Source of the DNA: Gemmatimonadota bacterium
GTDB lineage: Bacteria > Gemmatimonadota > Gemmatimonadetes > Longimicrobiales > Gaopeijiaceae
Assembly (NCBI GenBank): GCA_039589315.1
Contig: JBDHHQ010000002.1
Location: 1 to 64,000 of the forward strand
Length of the DNA: 64,000 nt
Reading direction: 5' to 3'
Position numbers and translations under genes: made by a program. Shown in pieces: positions 39,760-48,926 of the stretch (positions within the stretch are counted from its first letter, which is position 1; the number at the start of each line of letters is the position of its first letter). The notes under the pieces are model-generated. The model was not told where the DNA came from. It saw nothing but the letters and a program-made list of their open reading frames with translations, and ran no database searches.

Positions 39760-41160
39760 ATGATCGACCGCTTCCTCGACTGGCTGGCGGTCGTGGACGG
39801 CCTCCTGTGGGGTCCCTGGACGATGGTGTTCATCGCCGGGGTGGCCGTGTTCTTCACCGTCAAGTCGGGCTTCTTCCAGGTCCGCGGTGTGGGGCACATC
39901 CTCCGGCACACGGTGCTCGCCATCGGCCGCGGGGGGAAGGGGGATTCCGGGTCCATGTCTCCCTTCCAGGCGGCGGCCACCTCCCTGGGTGGCACGGTCG
40001 GCATGGGCAACATGGCGGGGGTGGCCACGGCGCTCTCCGTGGGAGGGCCCGGGGCGATCTTCTGGATGTGGCTCCTGGCGTTCTTCGGCATGATGTCCAA
40101 GACGGTGGAGATCACGCTGGGGGTGCACTACCGGGAACGGGGCCCCGACGGACAGGTCCGGGGTGGCCCCATGCACACGATCCGCCGGGGGTTGGGCTGG
40201 ACGCCGCTGGCCTATCTCTTCAGCGCCGGCATGCTGATCAACGCCATGTTCAGCGCCTCGCTGCTCCAGTCACACACGGTCGGCCGTGCGTTCCTGGCCA
40301 GCTACGGCCTCAGTCCTTACCTGGTGACAGCGGCCATGGCAGTGGTCACGGCCATGGTCGTCCTGGGCGGCGTGCGCCGGATCGGGCGCTTTTCGGGGGG
40401 CCTGGTGCCTCTGATGTCTCTTGCCTACCTGACCGGCGCGGTGGTGGTCATCGCCCTCAACTACCAACGGATTCCCGGTGTCCTCGAGACGATCGTGACG
40501 TACGCGTTCACCCCGGCGGCAGGCGTGGGCGGCGCGACCGGCGTCGCGGTGGCCACGGCTATCAAGCAGGGCATGGCCCGCGGGATGCTCTCCAACGAGG
40601 CGGGCCTGGGCACCGCCCCCATGGTGCACGCCACCGCCGAGACCGCCCACCCCTTCGAGCAGGGGGTCTGGGGAGCGGTCGAGGTGTTCGTGGACACCAT
40701 CGTCATCTGCTCGATCACCGCCCTGGCCATCCTGTGCACCGGTGCCCTGGACAGCGGCGAATCGGGCATCGAGCTGTTGCTGCAAGCCTTCTCCCGTGCG
40801 CTCCCGGAAACGGCGGCCGCAGCCATCGTCTCGATCTCGATCCTGACGTTCTCGCTCTCGACCCAGATCGGATTCTTCGTCTACTTCGAGACCAGCCTGG
40901 TGAGCCTGGCCGGTGTCAGGGCCTTTCGCACGTTGCGTTGGCTGTATTTCGTTCCGGGCGTGCTCTTCGCCGGCGTGGCGGACGTCGACCGCCTCTGGGT
41001 CCTGGCAAACATATCGGTCGCCGTGGTCGCCATCCCGAACCTGATCAGCATGCTGTTCCTCAGCGACGCCTTCTCCACGCTCATGGAGGACCGGCTCAGC
41101 GGCCGCCAGCGCTACTCCACCGCCAAGGTGGACGGAACGGACGACGTCCTGACCCGCTGA
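39760..41160 (+). CDS. Alanine/glycine:cation symporter family transporter
   Basis: GTVGMGNMAGVA, GGPGAIFWMW, SNEAGLG, VFVDTIVIC motifs. Confidence 0.93.
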   Translation: MIDRFLDWLAVVDGLLWGPWTMVFIAGVAVFFTVKSGFFQVRGVGHILRHTVLAIGRGGKGDSGSMSPFQAAATSLGGTVGMGNMAGVATALSVGGPGAIFWMWLLAFFGMMSKTVEITLGVHYRERGPDGQVRGGPMHTIRRGLGWTPLAYLFSAGMLINAMFSASLLQSHTVGRAFLASYGLSPYLVTAAMAVVTAMVVLGGVRRIGRFSGGLVPLMSLAYLTGAVVVIALNYQRIPGVLETIVTYAFTPAAGVGGATGVAVATAIKQGMARGMLSNEAGLGTAPMVHATAETAHPFEQGVWGAVEVFVDTIVICSITALAILCTGALDSGESGIELLLQAFSRALPETAAAAIVSISILTFSLSTQIGFFVYFETSLVSLAGVRAFRTLRWLYFVPGVLFAGVADVDRLWVLANISVAVVAIPNLISMLFLSDAFSTLMEDRLSGRQRYSTAKVDGTDDVLTR

Positions 41161-41241
41161 CTCCGGCGGTCGATTCAGTCTCGCCTCGATGGTGTCGAGG
41201 CTCGAATCCGGAAGAATGTCCAGCGACCACCTTCTTACCGG

Positions 41242-41847
41242 TCAGAACGCCCCGAACTTGAAGGTCAACGTGCCCGCCGGGCCCCGGAGGGACTCGTCGG
41301 TGAGACCTGCCAGATCGACGTCGTGGACGAACCGGTACGAGCCTCCGAAGCCCACACGGAACACCTTGTGGACGTTGAGCATCACGTTGACGCCCGGTTC
41401 CGCGATGAAGAAGGCGTCGGCGGTCTCGTCGGTGCAGCACCCGTGCACCGAGTCCTCGAAGCCCACACCACCCGCGCCCACCAGCCCCTGGAACGAGACG
41501 TGCACGACCCGGTGTGAGCTGATGACCCACTCCATCTCGAGACCTCCATAGCCCATGAACAGGCGGTTGCGGAAGCCGCCCGGGCCTGTGCGGTCGAAGC
41601 TCCCCGTGTTGGCCAGACCATAGAGCCCGGCGCCAAGGACGAACGTGTGGTCGACGATCCACCCGCCCCTGAATCCAACCAGCAACCCGAACTGGTCGTC
41701 GATCTCGGTAAACTTCAGGACCGGACCCCCGAAGCCCCCGCTGTCGATGCCGCCCCGAATGAGTGTCTCCGCCTCCTGCGCCGAAGCCGATCCCGGTAGG
41801 GCTACCAGGCTGGCGACGACCATCGATATCCCCCATGAGCTCCGCAC
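41242..41847 (-). CDS. Putative outer-membrane beta-barrel protein
   Basis: Signal peptide, Gly-rich amphipathic strands, C-terminal Phe (TFKFGAF); GTG start after GGGAGAGAG. Confidence 0.65.
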   Translation of the reverse strand: MRSSWGISMVVASLVALPGSASAQEAETLIRGGIDSGGFGGPVLKFTEIDDQFGLLVGFRGGWIVDHTFVLGAGLYGLANTGSFDRTGPGGFRNRLFMGYGGLEMEWVISSHRVVHVSFQGLVGAGGVGFEDSVHGCCTDETADAFFIAEPGVNVMLNVHKVFRVGFGGSYRFVHDVDLAGLTDESLRGPAGTLTFKFGAF

Positions 41848-42084
41848 CGCGCTCTCTCCCAAGATTGTTGTCGTCCGTCCTCTCCATGCCTCGAGGCCGA
41901 GGCGCTCTAGCATCTCGAGCACTCCGGGACGAAGCACGGCCGCTTCCACAGGGGAAACGCGGCCGGGGGCGGAGTTCTGACGGAAATGGGGGTCGGTCGC
42001 GACGGAGCGGACCGCACGCCGGGAGGCGACTTCAGACACGGTGAGGCGATCTTCCGAAGCGGGCCCAGGCAGGGCCAGTCGCGA

Positions 42085-43983
42085 TCAGGCCTCGGGCGCC
42101 TCGTCCAGATCGTCGGAGGGGACCCAACCCGCCTCGCCGAGCTTCCGCCGCACCGAGGCGCTCTGTTCGGTCAAGGTGCAAAAGAAGAAGACGTCGCCCT
42201 TGCGCGCGCGGGTCCGGGCGTCCACCGGGAAGGTCTGCTTTCTGCGGGTGACGGCCAGCGCCAGCATCATGCTGCTTGCCCAGTCCTCGAGCCAGACCGC
42301 GGAATCGGACGCCTGCTCCTCCTCCGGGGCGAAGGTCCATCGGTCCACGACCGCGGCCCACCGGAGCAGATCGTGGTTCCACCGCTCCATGTCCACGGGT
42401 TGGCCGAAGAGCACATGATGACCGTCGCCCTGGATGCGTTCCAGGCGGGCGCGCGAGCTACCCCGGTTCAGCGCCACGAACGTCGCGACCTGATGGCGGA
42501 CGATGTCGCGGGCACTCTGGACCACGAGCAGATTGACGGCCGTGTTCGGCGTCACGGCGAGGATGCCGCGCCTGCACTCCACGTCGGCTCGGAGCAGCGT
42601 GTTCTCGTCCGTGGCGTCGCCGTACACGATGGGCAGATCCTCGACCTCGGCTTCGGCCACCTCTAGGGGGTTGCGGTCGACCAGCACCACCGAGTGTCCC
42701 TGACCACCCAGAATCTCGGCCAGCGCCCGGCCCAGGGCGCTGGCGCCGACGATGGCGTACCCGTCGTTCTGCTTCTTGCGAACGCCGAGCACAGACGCCA
42801 CGGGCCCCCCAGTGAGGCCCTGGATGACCACGGTGACGGCGATGACCATGAAGACAAGGGCCCGGAGCTCCGGCCCACCGCTCATCCCGTGCTCCACCAT
42901 GCTCTGGGCGAAGAACGACGCCACCGCGGCCGCCACGATTCCGCGAGGAGACAGCCAACTCAGGAACGCCTTCTCGCGCCAGGTGAGGTCGGAGCCGATG
43001 GTGCTCGCCCCCACGCACAGCGGACGCACGACGAACATGAGCAGCGCAATGGTCAGGAGCCCCGCCCATCCGACCGCCTGCACGTCCACGAGGCGGACGT
43101 CTGCCGCCAACAGCACGAAGAGCATGCCGACGAGCATGACCGTGAGCTGTTCCTTGAACTCCAGGAGCTCCTGCTTGAGGCCGGTGAGGTTGCCCACGAC
43201 CATGCCGGCCACCACGACGGCCATGATGCCGCTCTCCGACTGCAGCGCATTGCTGATCTCGAACGACGCCAGCGCCAACGCGAGCGCCATGACGTTCTGG
43301 AGCGGCTCGGGCACCAGCGTGCGCCCCCGGAGCAGCCCGCTGATGACGAGTCCCCCGATGGCGCCCACCAGCACGCCCGTGCCCAACTTGACGAAGACCT
43401 CCAGCCCACCGGCGGCGGCCCCGTAGTCGGCCACGACCACCTCCAGAGCCACCACCGCGACGATGGCCCCGATGGGGTCGATGAGCACGCCCTCGGCCTC
43501 CAAGATCGCGTGGACGTTGCGCTTGACCTGAATCCGCCGTAGCAGGGGCGTGATGACGGTGGGGCCCGTAACGATGACCAGCGTGCCGAAGAGGATGGCG
43601 AGGGGCCAGTCCCAGCCCTCGACGAGACGGACCGCCAGGGTGGCGCCCACGGCAGTCACGAGCGCCCCCACGGTAATCAGTGAGCGGATCACGCCCGCCT
43701 CGTGCCGAAAACGCTGGAAGTTGAGGTTCAGCCCGCCCTCGAAGAGGATCACGGCCACGGCGAGCTCCACGAGCATGGGCAATCCCGTGCCGATGCTCTC
43801 GGGCCGTACGATGTCCAATCCGTCGGGACCGAGCATCACCCCCAGGAGCAGCAGCAGCACGATCCCCGGGATTCGGAGATGATGAGCGGCCGTCTGGCCC
43901 AGGACGCCCGCCGCCAGGGCCACCGCCACGGTCAGGGCTGGGTCGTCGGAGAAGGCGAGTTCCAGAACGCGCTCCTCGGTCAC
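42085..43983 (-). CDS. Cation:proton antiporter (CPA1/NhaP-type) with TrkA-N domain
   Basis: ILFEGGL, VTGPTVI, EGVLIDPIG, PRGIVAA motifs; C-terminal IVGASALG and YGDAT. Confidence 0.9.
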   Translation of the reverse strand: MTEERVLELAFSDDPALTVAVALAAGVLGQTAAHHLRIPGIVLLLLLGVMLGPDGLDIVRPESIGTGLPMLVELAVAVILFEGGLNLNFQRFRHEAGVIRSLITVGALVTAVGATLAVRLVEGWDWPLAILFGTLVIVTGPTVITPLLRRIQVKRNVHAILEAEGVLIDPIGAIVAVVALEVVVADYGAAAGGLEVFVKLGTGVLVGAIGGLVISGLLRGRTLVPEPLQNVMALALALASFEISNALQSESGIMAVVVAGMVVGNLTGLKQELLEFKEQLTVMLVGMLFVLLAADVRLVDVQAVGWAGLLTIALLMFVVRPLCVGASTIGSDLTWREKAFLSWLSPRGIVAAAVASFFAQSMVEHGMSGGPELRALVFMVIAVTVVIQGLTGGPVASVLGVRKKQNDGYAIVGASALGRALAEILGGQGHSVVLVDRNPLEVAEAEVEDLPIVYGDATDENTLLRADVECRRGILAVTPNTAVNLLVVQSARDIVRHQVATFVALNRGSSRARLERIQGDGHHVLFGQPVDMERWNHDLLRWAAVVDRWTFAPEEEQASDSAVWLEDWASSMMLALAVTRRKQTFPVDARTRARKGDVFFFCTLTEQSASVRRKLGEAGWVPSDDLDEAPEA

Positions 43984-44209
43984 GGGAGTACGAAGAACCG
44001 GCAAGGTAAGACACCAACGGGAGGCGGGCACGGCTTTCGCGCGACGCTGGGCCGGGGGCAAGGAGAGGAGCGTCCCGGACCCGGGGGCCCGCACCCCACC
44101 AGCCGGCGATGCGGCTCCCGACTCCAGTCCTTTTCCCGGCCACCCGACGGAGTCTACCTTCACGGCTTCCTGCGCCGCCCGATCGGCCCGATCCCCGAGG
44201 AAGCCCAAG

Positions 44210-45973
44210 ATGGCACCACCACGCAGACACTGGCGAGCCCTGCCGGCCCCTGTGCTCCTGTTCGTCCTCGCCGGCCTGGCCTGTCAGGCCCCGACGCCTC
44301 AGGAGTCCCCGCAGACCCGGCTCCGCTTTTCCGTCACCTTGCCGGCCGATGCTGCCGACTCGTCGCTGGACGGCCGCCTGGTGGTGATGCTCTCGACGGA
44401 CGACTCGGCGGAGCCTCGCTTCCAGATCGCCGACGGGCCTCGGTCCCAGCTCGGGTTCGGCATCGACGTCGAGGGCTGGTCTCCGGGGAGCGACGTGGAC
44501 GTGGACGCCTCCGCGTGGGGCTACCCCATCCAGAGCCTGGCCGACGTTCCGGCGGGGACCTACAGGGTGCAGGCGCTGCTGAACCGTTACGAGACCTTCA
44601 ACCGAGCCGACGGCCACACCGTCAAGCTCCCGCCGGATCGCGGGGAAGGGCAGCAATGGAACCGCAAGCCGGGAAACCTCTACAGCACGCCGGTCGAGGT
44701 CCGAGTGGATCCGACCAGCTCCGCGGCGATCGAGGTCGTGCTCGATCAACGGATCCCCGAGATCGAGCCCCCGCCAGAGCACGAGTACGTGCGGCATGTG
44801 CGCATCCGCAGTGACCTGCTCTCCGACTTCTGGGGCACGGACACGTACCTCGGGGCCCACGTGCTCCTTCCGGAGGGCTTCGATTCACACCCGGACGCAC
44901 GGTACCCCCTGGCGGTCTTCCACGGACACTTCCCCCACGACTTCGGCGGCTGGCGCGAGGAGCCCCCGGATCCGGACCTCCCGTGCGAATACAGCGCCCG
45001 CTTCGACCTGGACTGCTACAACCGCATTCAGCAGGAGGAGGCCTACCAACTCTATCAGGAGTGGACCGGCCCGAACTTCCCGCGCATGCTGGTCATCGAG
45101 ATCCAACACGCGAATCCCTACTACGACGACTCCTACGCGGTGAACTCGGCGAACCTGGGCCCGTACGGCGACGCCATCACCTACGAGCTGATTCCGTACA
45201 TCGAGGAGCAGTTCCGGGGCATCGGCGAGGGGTGGTCCCGCTTCCTCTACGGCGGCTCGACGGGCGGCTGGGAAGCCCTGGGGGTTCAGATCAAGTATCC
45301 CGAGGACTACAACGGCGCCTACGGGGCCTGTCCGGATCCCATCGACTTCCGGGCCTACACGGTGGTGGACATCTACGAGGACGAGAACGCCTACTACCTG
45401 GACAGTCCCTTCAAGCGCACGCCCCGTCCAGGACACCGGGACTACCTGGGCCACGTGGACGCCACCTTGGAGGAAATGAACCACCGCGAGTTACTCCTCG
45501 GCACGCGGGGCCGCTCCGGCCAGCAATGGGATATCTGGGAAGCCGTGTACTCGCCGGTGGATGAAGACGGGTATCCAAGGCGCCTCTGGGACAAGGTGAC
45601 GGGCGAGATCGACCCCGAAGTGGCCGCCCACTGGCGGGAGAACTACGACCTGGTCCACATCCTGAGGCGGGACTGGGCCGAGCTGGGTGAGAGGCTCGAA
45701 GGGAAGATCAACATCTATGTCGGTGACATGGACAACTACTACCTGAACAACGCCGTCTACCTGGCCGAGGAGTTCCTGGAGAGCACCGCGGACCCCTACT
45801 TCTCCGGTGAGATCGACTACGGAGACCGGGCCGAGCATTGCTGGAACGGTGACCAGACCCGTAGCAACGCCTATTCGCGGCTCCGGTACGTCCAGATGTT
45901 CGCCCCGAAGATCGTGGAGCGGATCCTGGAGACGGCCCCGCCAGGGGCGGACCTGACCAGTTGGCGCTACTAG
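44210..45973 (+). CDS. Putative esterase (alpha/beta hydrolase) lipoprotein
   Basis: LAGLAC lipobox, VLLPEG...RYP, GGSTGGW nucleophile elbow, GDMD, EHCW. Confidence 0.75.
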   Translation: MAPPRRHWRALPAPVLLFVLAGLACQAPTPQESPQTRLRFSVTLPADAADSSLDGRLVVMLSTDDSAEPRFQIADGPRSQLGFGIDVEGWSPGSDVDVDASAWGYPIQSLADVPAGTYRVQALLNRYETFNRADGHTVKLPPDRGEGQQWNRKPGNLYSTPVEVRVDPTSSAAIEVVLDQRIPEIEPPPEHEYVRHVRIRSDLLSDFWGTDTYLGAHVLLPEGFDSHPDARYPLAVFHGHFPHDFGGWREEPPDPDLPCEYSARFDLDCYNRIQQEEAYQLYQEWTGPNFPRMLVIEIQHANPYYDDSYAVNSANLGPYGDAITYELIPYIEEQFRGIGEGWSRFLYGGSTGGWEALGVQIKYPEDYNGAYGACPDPIDFRAYTVVDIYEDENAYYLDSPFKRTPRPGHRDYLGHVDATLEEMNHRELLLGTRGRSGQQWDIWEAVYSPVDEDGYPRRLWDKVTGEIDPEVAAHWRENYDLVHILRRDWAELGERLEGKINIYVGDMDNYYLNNAVYLAEEFLESTADPYFSGEIDYGDRAEHCWNGDQTRSNAYSRLRYVQMFAPKIVERILETAPPGADLTSWRY

Positions 45974-46040
45974 CGCGCCGCCTCGCACCGGCCCAGTCGC
46001 GGGACCGGGGCGCCACGAGGGACCCTTTGGAGGAGGCGAC

Positions 46041-47963
46041 GTGACGAGAATCACTCTTATGACCTGTACCTTAGCGGTAGCGGTTGCCGCGCCGCTGGTC
46101 GCCCAGACGGCGGACCGCATAGCCGTGGACCCCGAGCGCATGGAGCTCAGGGTGGACGAAACCCGGCGCGCCGCCGCCACCGTGTACGCCGAGGACGGCG
46201 GCCCACTGGAGAGCGTGTCGGTCCAGTGGTTCACCACGACTCCCGAGATCGTATCGGTCGACGCCTCGGGCCAAATCACCGCCCTCCGGCCTGGCGAAGC
46301 CCGCGTGTCCGCCGTTTCCGGTAGCGCGGCAGCATTCGTCACTGTCGTGGTTCGGCAGGAGCTGGCGCGCCTGGAGATCTCCATGCCCGTCGAGGATCTG
46401 CGCCTGGGTACGAGCGCCCCCCTGGGCGTGCGCGCCATCGACACCTTCGAGGAGCCGCTGCCGGGAGCCGAGCTCCTCTTCGAGAGCAGCGAGCCCACGG
46501 TGGCTTCGGTGGACGCGAGCGGCCGGGTCTACGGGCTTTCGGCAGGACGGGCGACGATACGGGCCCGGTCAGGGGACGTGTCCCGGTCGATCACCGTAGA
46601 GGTGGAGGACCGGGGCAGGCTCACGTACGAGCTCGACTCCACCGCCGGCGAGGTCCGGACCGGCGACGTCGTCCGCTTCCGTCTCACGGGGCTGGAGGAG
46701 GGAGGGGGGCGCGCCGCTCTCTACCCGGCCTGGACCGTGAGCGCGCCCGGCGCCCAGATCGAAGCCGACGGGGCCGAGGGCGTCTTCGTGGCGGAGGCGC
46801 CTGGAACCTACCGGGTCGCCGCGCAGATCGGAGAGGGCACCGCTCGATCCGGGATCGTCAGAGTCACGGAGCGACCCACAGAGAGTCGGCTCGCGAAGGT
46901 AGGGCGTGGCCCCGCTTCCACCCATCACTCGGGGGACACCTGGGTCTTCGAGGGCGTGGACGGGCGGGACTACGCGTACGTCGGGACCTTCTACCACGAC
47001 TGGATGAAGGTGTGGGACGTCACCGATCCGGGGGCTCCCGTGCTCACCGACTCGATCCAGGCGGACGCCAGGCGCATCAACGACGTGAAGATCCACCCGG
47101 ACAACACGCTGGGCATCATCACCCGCGAGGGCGCCTCGGATCGGCGAAACGGGATCATCCTCCTGGACCTCGCCGAACCGGCTCATCCGGTGATCCTCTC
47201 CGAGTACACGGAGACCGTGACCGGTGGCGTGCACAACGTCTGGATCGACGGGAAGAACGAGTTGGTCTACGCAGTGCACAACGGAACGTCGGATATGCAC
47301 ATTCTCGACATCGCGGACCGCCGCGCCCCCCGGGAGGTCGGCCGGTGGGGTCTGGAAAAGCAGGACAAGACGCTCCATGACGTGATCGTCCAGGACGGGT
47401 ACGCGTATCTCTCGTACTGGGACGACGGCATCGTCACGCTCGACGTGGGCGCCGGAACGCACGGCGGCGCGCCTCGCACGCCGGCCTTCGTGAGTCAGTT
47501 CAGGTATCCGGTCGGAAACACCCATGTTGCATGGCGTTACGGACGCTACTTGTTCATCGGTGACGAGATCTTCCCGGACGACTGGGACCCTGAGCGACCC
47601 ATCGAAGCCAGGGGCTACGTGCACGTGGTCGACTATGCAGACCCGGAAGAGCCGGTGGAGGTGGCGCGGTACGAGATCCCCGAGGCCGGAGCCCACAACC
47701 TCTGGGCCGAAGACGACAAGCTGTACGTGGGGTACTACCAGGCCGGCCTCCGGGTCGTCGACATCTCCGGGGAGCTCCGAGGCGACCTCTATCGCCAGGG
47801 TCGTGAGTTGGCTGCCATCAAGACCATCGATGCCGACATGGTGGTGCCGAATTGGCCCATGACGTGGGGCGCCCAGGTGTTCAAGGGCAACATCTACACC
47901 TCGGACCTGAATTCGGGCCTCTGGATCGCCAAGCTGCAGGAGCAGCCGGCCGTCGTCTTCTGA
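46041..47963 (+). CDS. Secreted Ig-like domain + LVIVD-repeat protein
   Basis: Signal peptide, Big_2 motifs (ASVDASGRVYG), LVIVD-like repeats (YAYLSYWDDGIVTLDV, GLRVVDIS). Confidence 0.8.
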   Translation: MTRITLMTCTLAVAVAAPLVAQTADRIAVDPERMELRVDETRRAAATVYAEDGGPLESVSVQWFTTTPEIVSVDASGQITALRPGEARVSAVSGSAAAFVTVVVRQELARLEISMPVEDLRLGTSAPLGVRAIDTFEEPLPGAELLFESSEPTVASVDASGRVYGLSAGRATIRARSGDVSRSITVEVEDRGRLTYELDSTAGEVRTGDVVRFRLTGLEEGGGRAALYPAWTVSAPGAQIEADGAEGVFVAEAPGTYRVAAQIGEGTARSGIVRVTERPTESRLAKVGRGPASTHHSGDTWVFEGVDGRDYAYVGTFYHDWMKVWDVTDPGAPVLTDSIQADARRINDVKIHPDNTLGIITREGASDRRNGIILLDLAEPAHPVILSEYTETVTGGVHNVWIDGKNELVYAVHNGTSDMHILDIADRRAPREVGRWGLEKQDKTLHDVIVQDGYAYLSYWDDGIVTLDVGAGTHGGAPRTPAFVSQFRYPVGNTHVAWRYGRYLFIGDEIFPDDWDPERPIEARGYVHVVDYADPEEPVEVARYEIPEAGAHNLWAEDDKLYVGYYQAGLRVVDISGELRGDLYRQGRELAAIKTIDADMVVPNWPMTWGAQVFKGNIYTSDLNSGLWIAKLQEQPAVVF

Positions 47964-47977
47964 CGACCGGCGCGACC

Positions 47978-48925
47978 ATGACGGCCACTGAGGCTGCGAG
48001 ACGGACCATCGCGCCGTTCGTGCTCCGCACGCCTCTCGTCCACGTGCCTTCGCTGAGCCGGGTCGCGGGAGCGCCGGTTCACCTGAAGCTCGAGAGCCTT
48101 CAGGTCACTGGGTCCTTCAAGGTCCGGGGCGCGGCGAACCGCATGGCATGGCTGTCGGACGAAGAGCGGCAGCGGGGCGTGGTCACGTGCTCCAGCGGCA
48201 ATCACGGCCGCGCCGTGGCGTTCGTGGCCGAGCGGATGGGCGTGCCTGCCACGATCTGCGTGCCAGAGTGGGTGGATCCGGTCAAGCTCGAGGGAATGCG
48301 TGGCTCAGGTGCCCGGATCGTGGCGGCGGCAGGCACCTACGACCAGGCCGCCGAGGCCGCGGAGCGACTGGCCGATGAGGAGGGGCTGACCTTCGTCCAC
48401 CCCTTCGACGACCCGATGGTGATCGCGGGGCAGGGCACGATCGGCCTCGAGATCGTCGAGGACCTTCCCGGCGTGGCGCACGTGGTCGTCCCCCTGTCCG
48501 GGGGAGGGTTGTGCGGCGGCATCGCGGACGCCCTGAGACAGGTGCGGTCCGAGGTCCGAGTGACGGCGGTGTCCGCTGAGCGGGCTCGCGTGATGCTGGC
48601 GAGCCTGGAAGCGGGCAAACCGGTGGAGCTCGACGAGGAGGAGACACTGGCGAACGCGTTGTCCGGCGGGATCGGCCTCGGCAACGCCCATACGTTCGCG
48701 CTCATCCGAGACCTGGTGCACGGGCACGCCGTCGTGACCGAGGACCAGATCGCCCAGGCGATGCGCTTCGCCGCCCGGGATCTCCACGTGGTCGTGGAGG
48801 GCGGGGGAGCCGTGGGAATCGCCGCCGTGCTGGCCGGTACGCTGCGCTGGACCGCTACCGAGGGACCCGTCGCCATCGTGGTGAGCGGCGGCAACGTGGA
48901 GGTGAGCCGGCTCGCCGGGCTCTAG
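47978..48925 (+). CDS. PLP-dependent threonine/serine dehydratase family enzyme
   Basis: QVTGSFKVRGA, SSGNHG, GQGTIG, SGGGL, SGGNV motifs. Confidence 0.9.
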   Translation: MTATEAARRTIAPFVLRTPLVHVPSLSRVAGAPVHLKLESLQVTGSFKVRGAANRMAWLSDEERQRGVVTCSSGNHGRAVAFVAERMGVPATICVPEWVDPVKLEGMRGSGARIVAAAGTYDQAAEAAERLADEEGLTFVHPFDDPMVIAGQGTIGLEIVEDLPGVAHVVVPLSGGGLCGGIADALRQVRSEVRVTAVSAERARVMLASLEAGKPVELDEEETLANALSGGIGLGNAHTFALIRDLVHGHAVVTEDQIAQAMRFAARDLHVVVEGGGAVGIAAVLAGTLRWTATEGPVAIVVSGGNVEVSRLAGL

Positions 48926-48926
48926 C

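Noticed and set aside
42458..44860. Long alternative-frame ORFs (for example 42458-44860, 49572-51815, 15693-17570, 56204-57988)
   Set aside because: Shadow ORFs typical of high-GC DNA; they overlap well-supported genes and lack family motifs.
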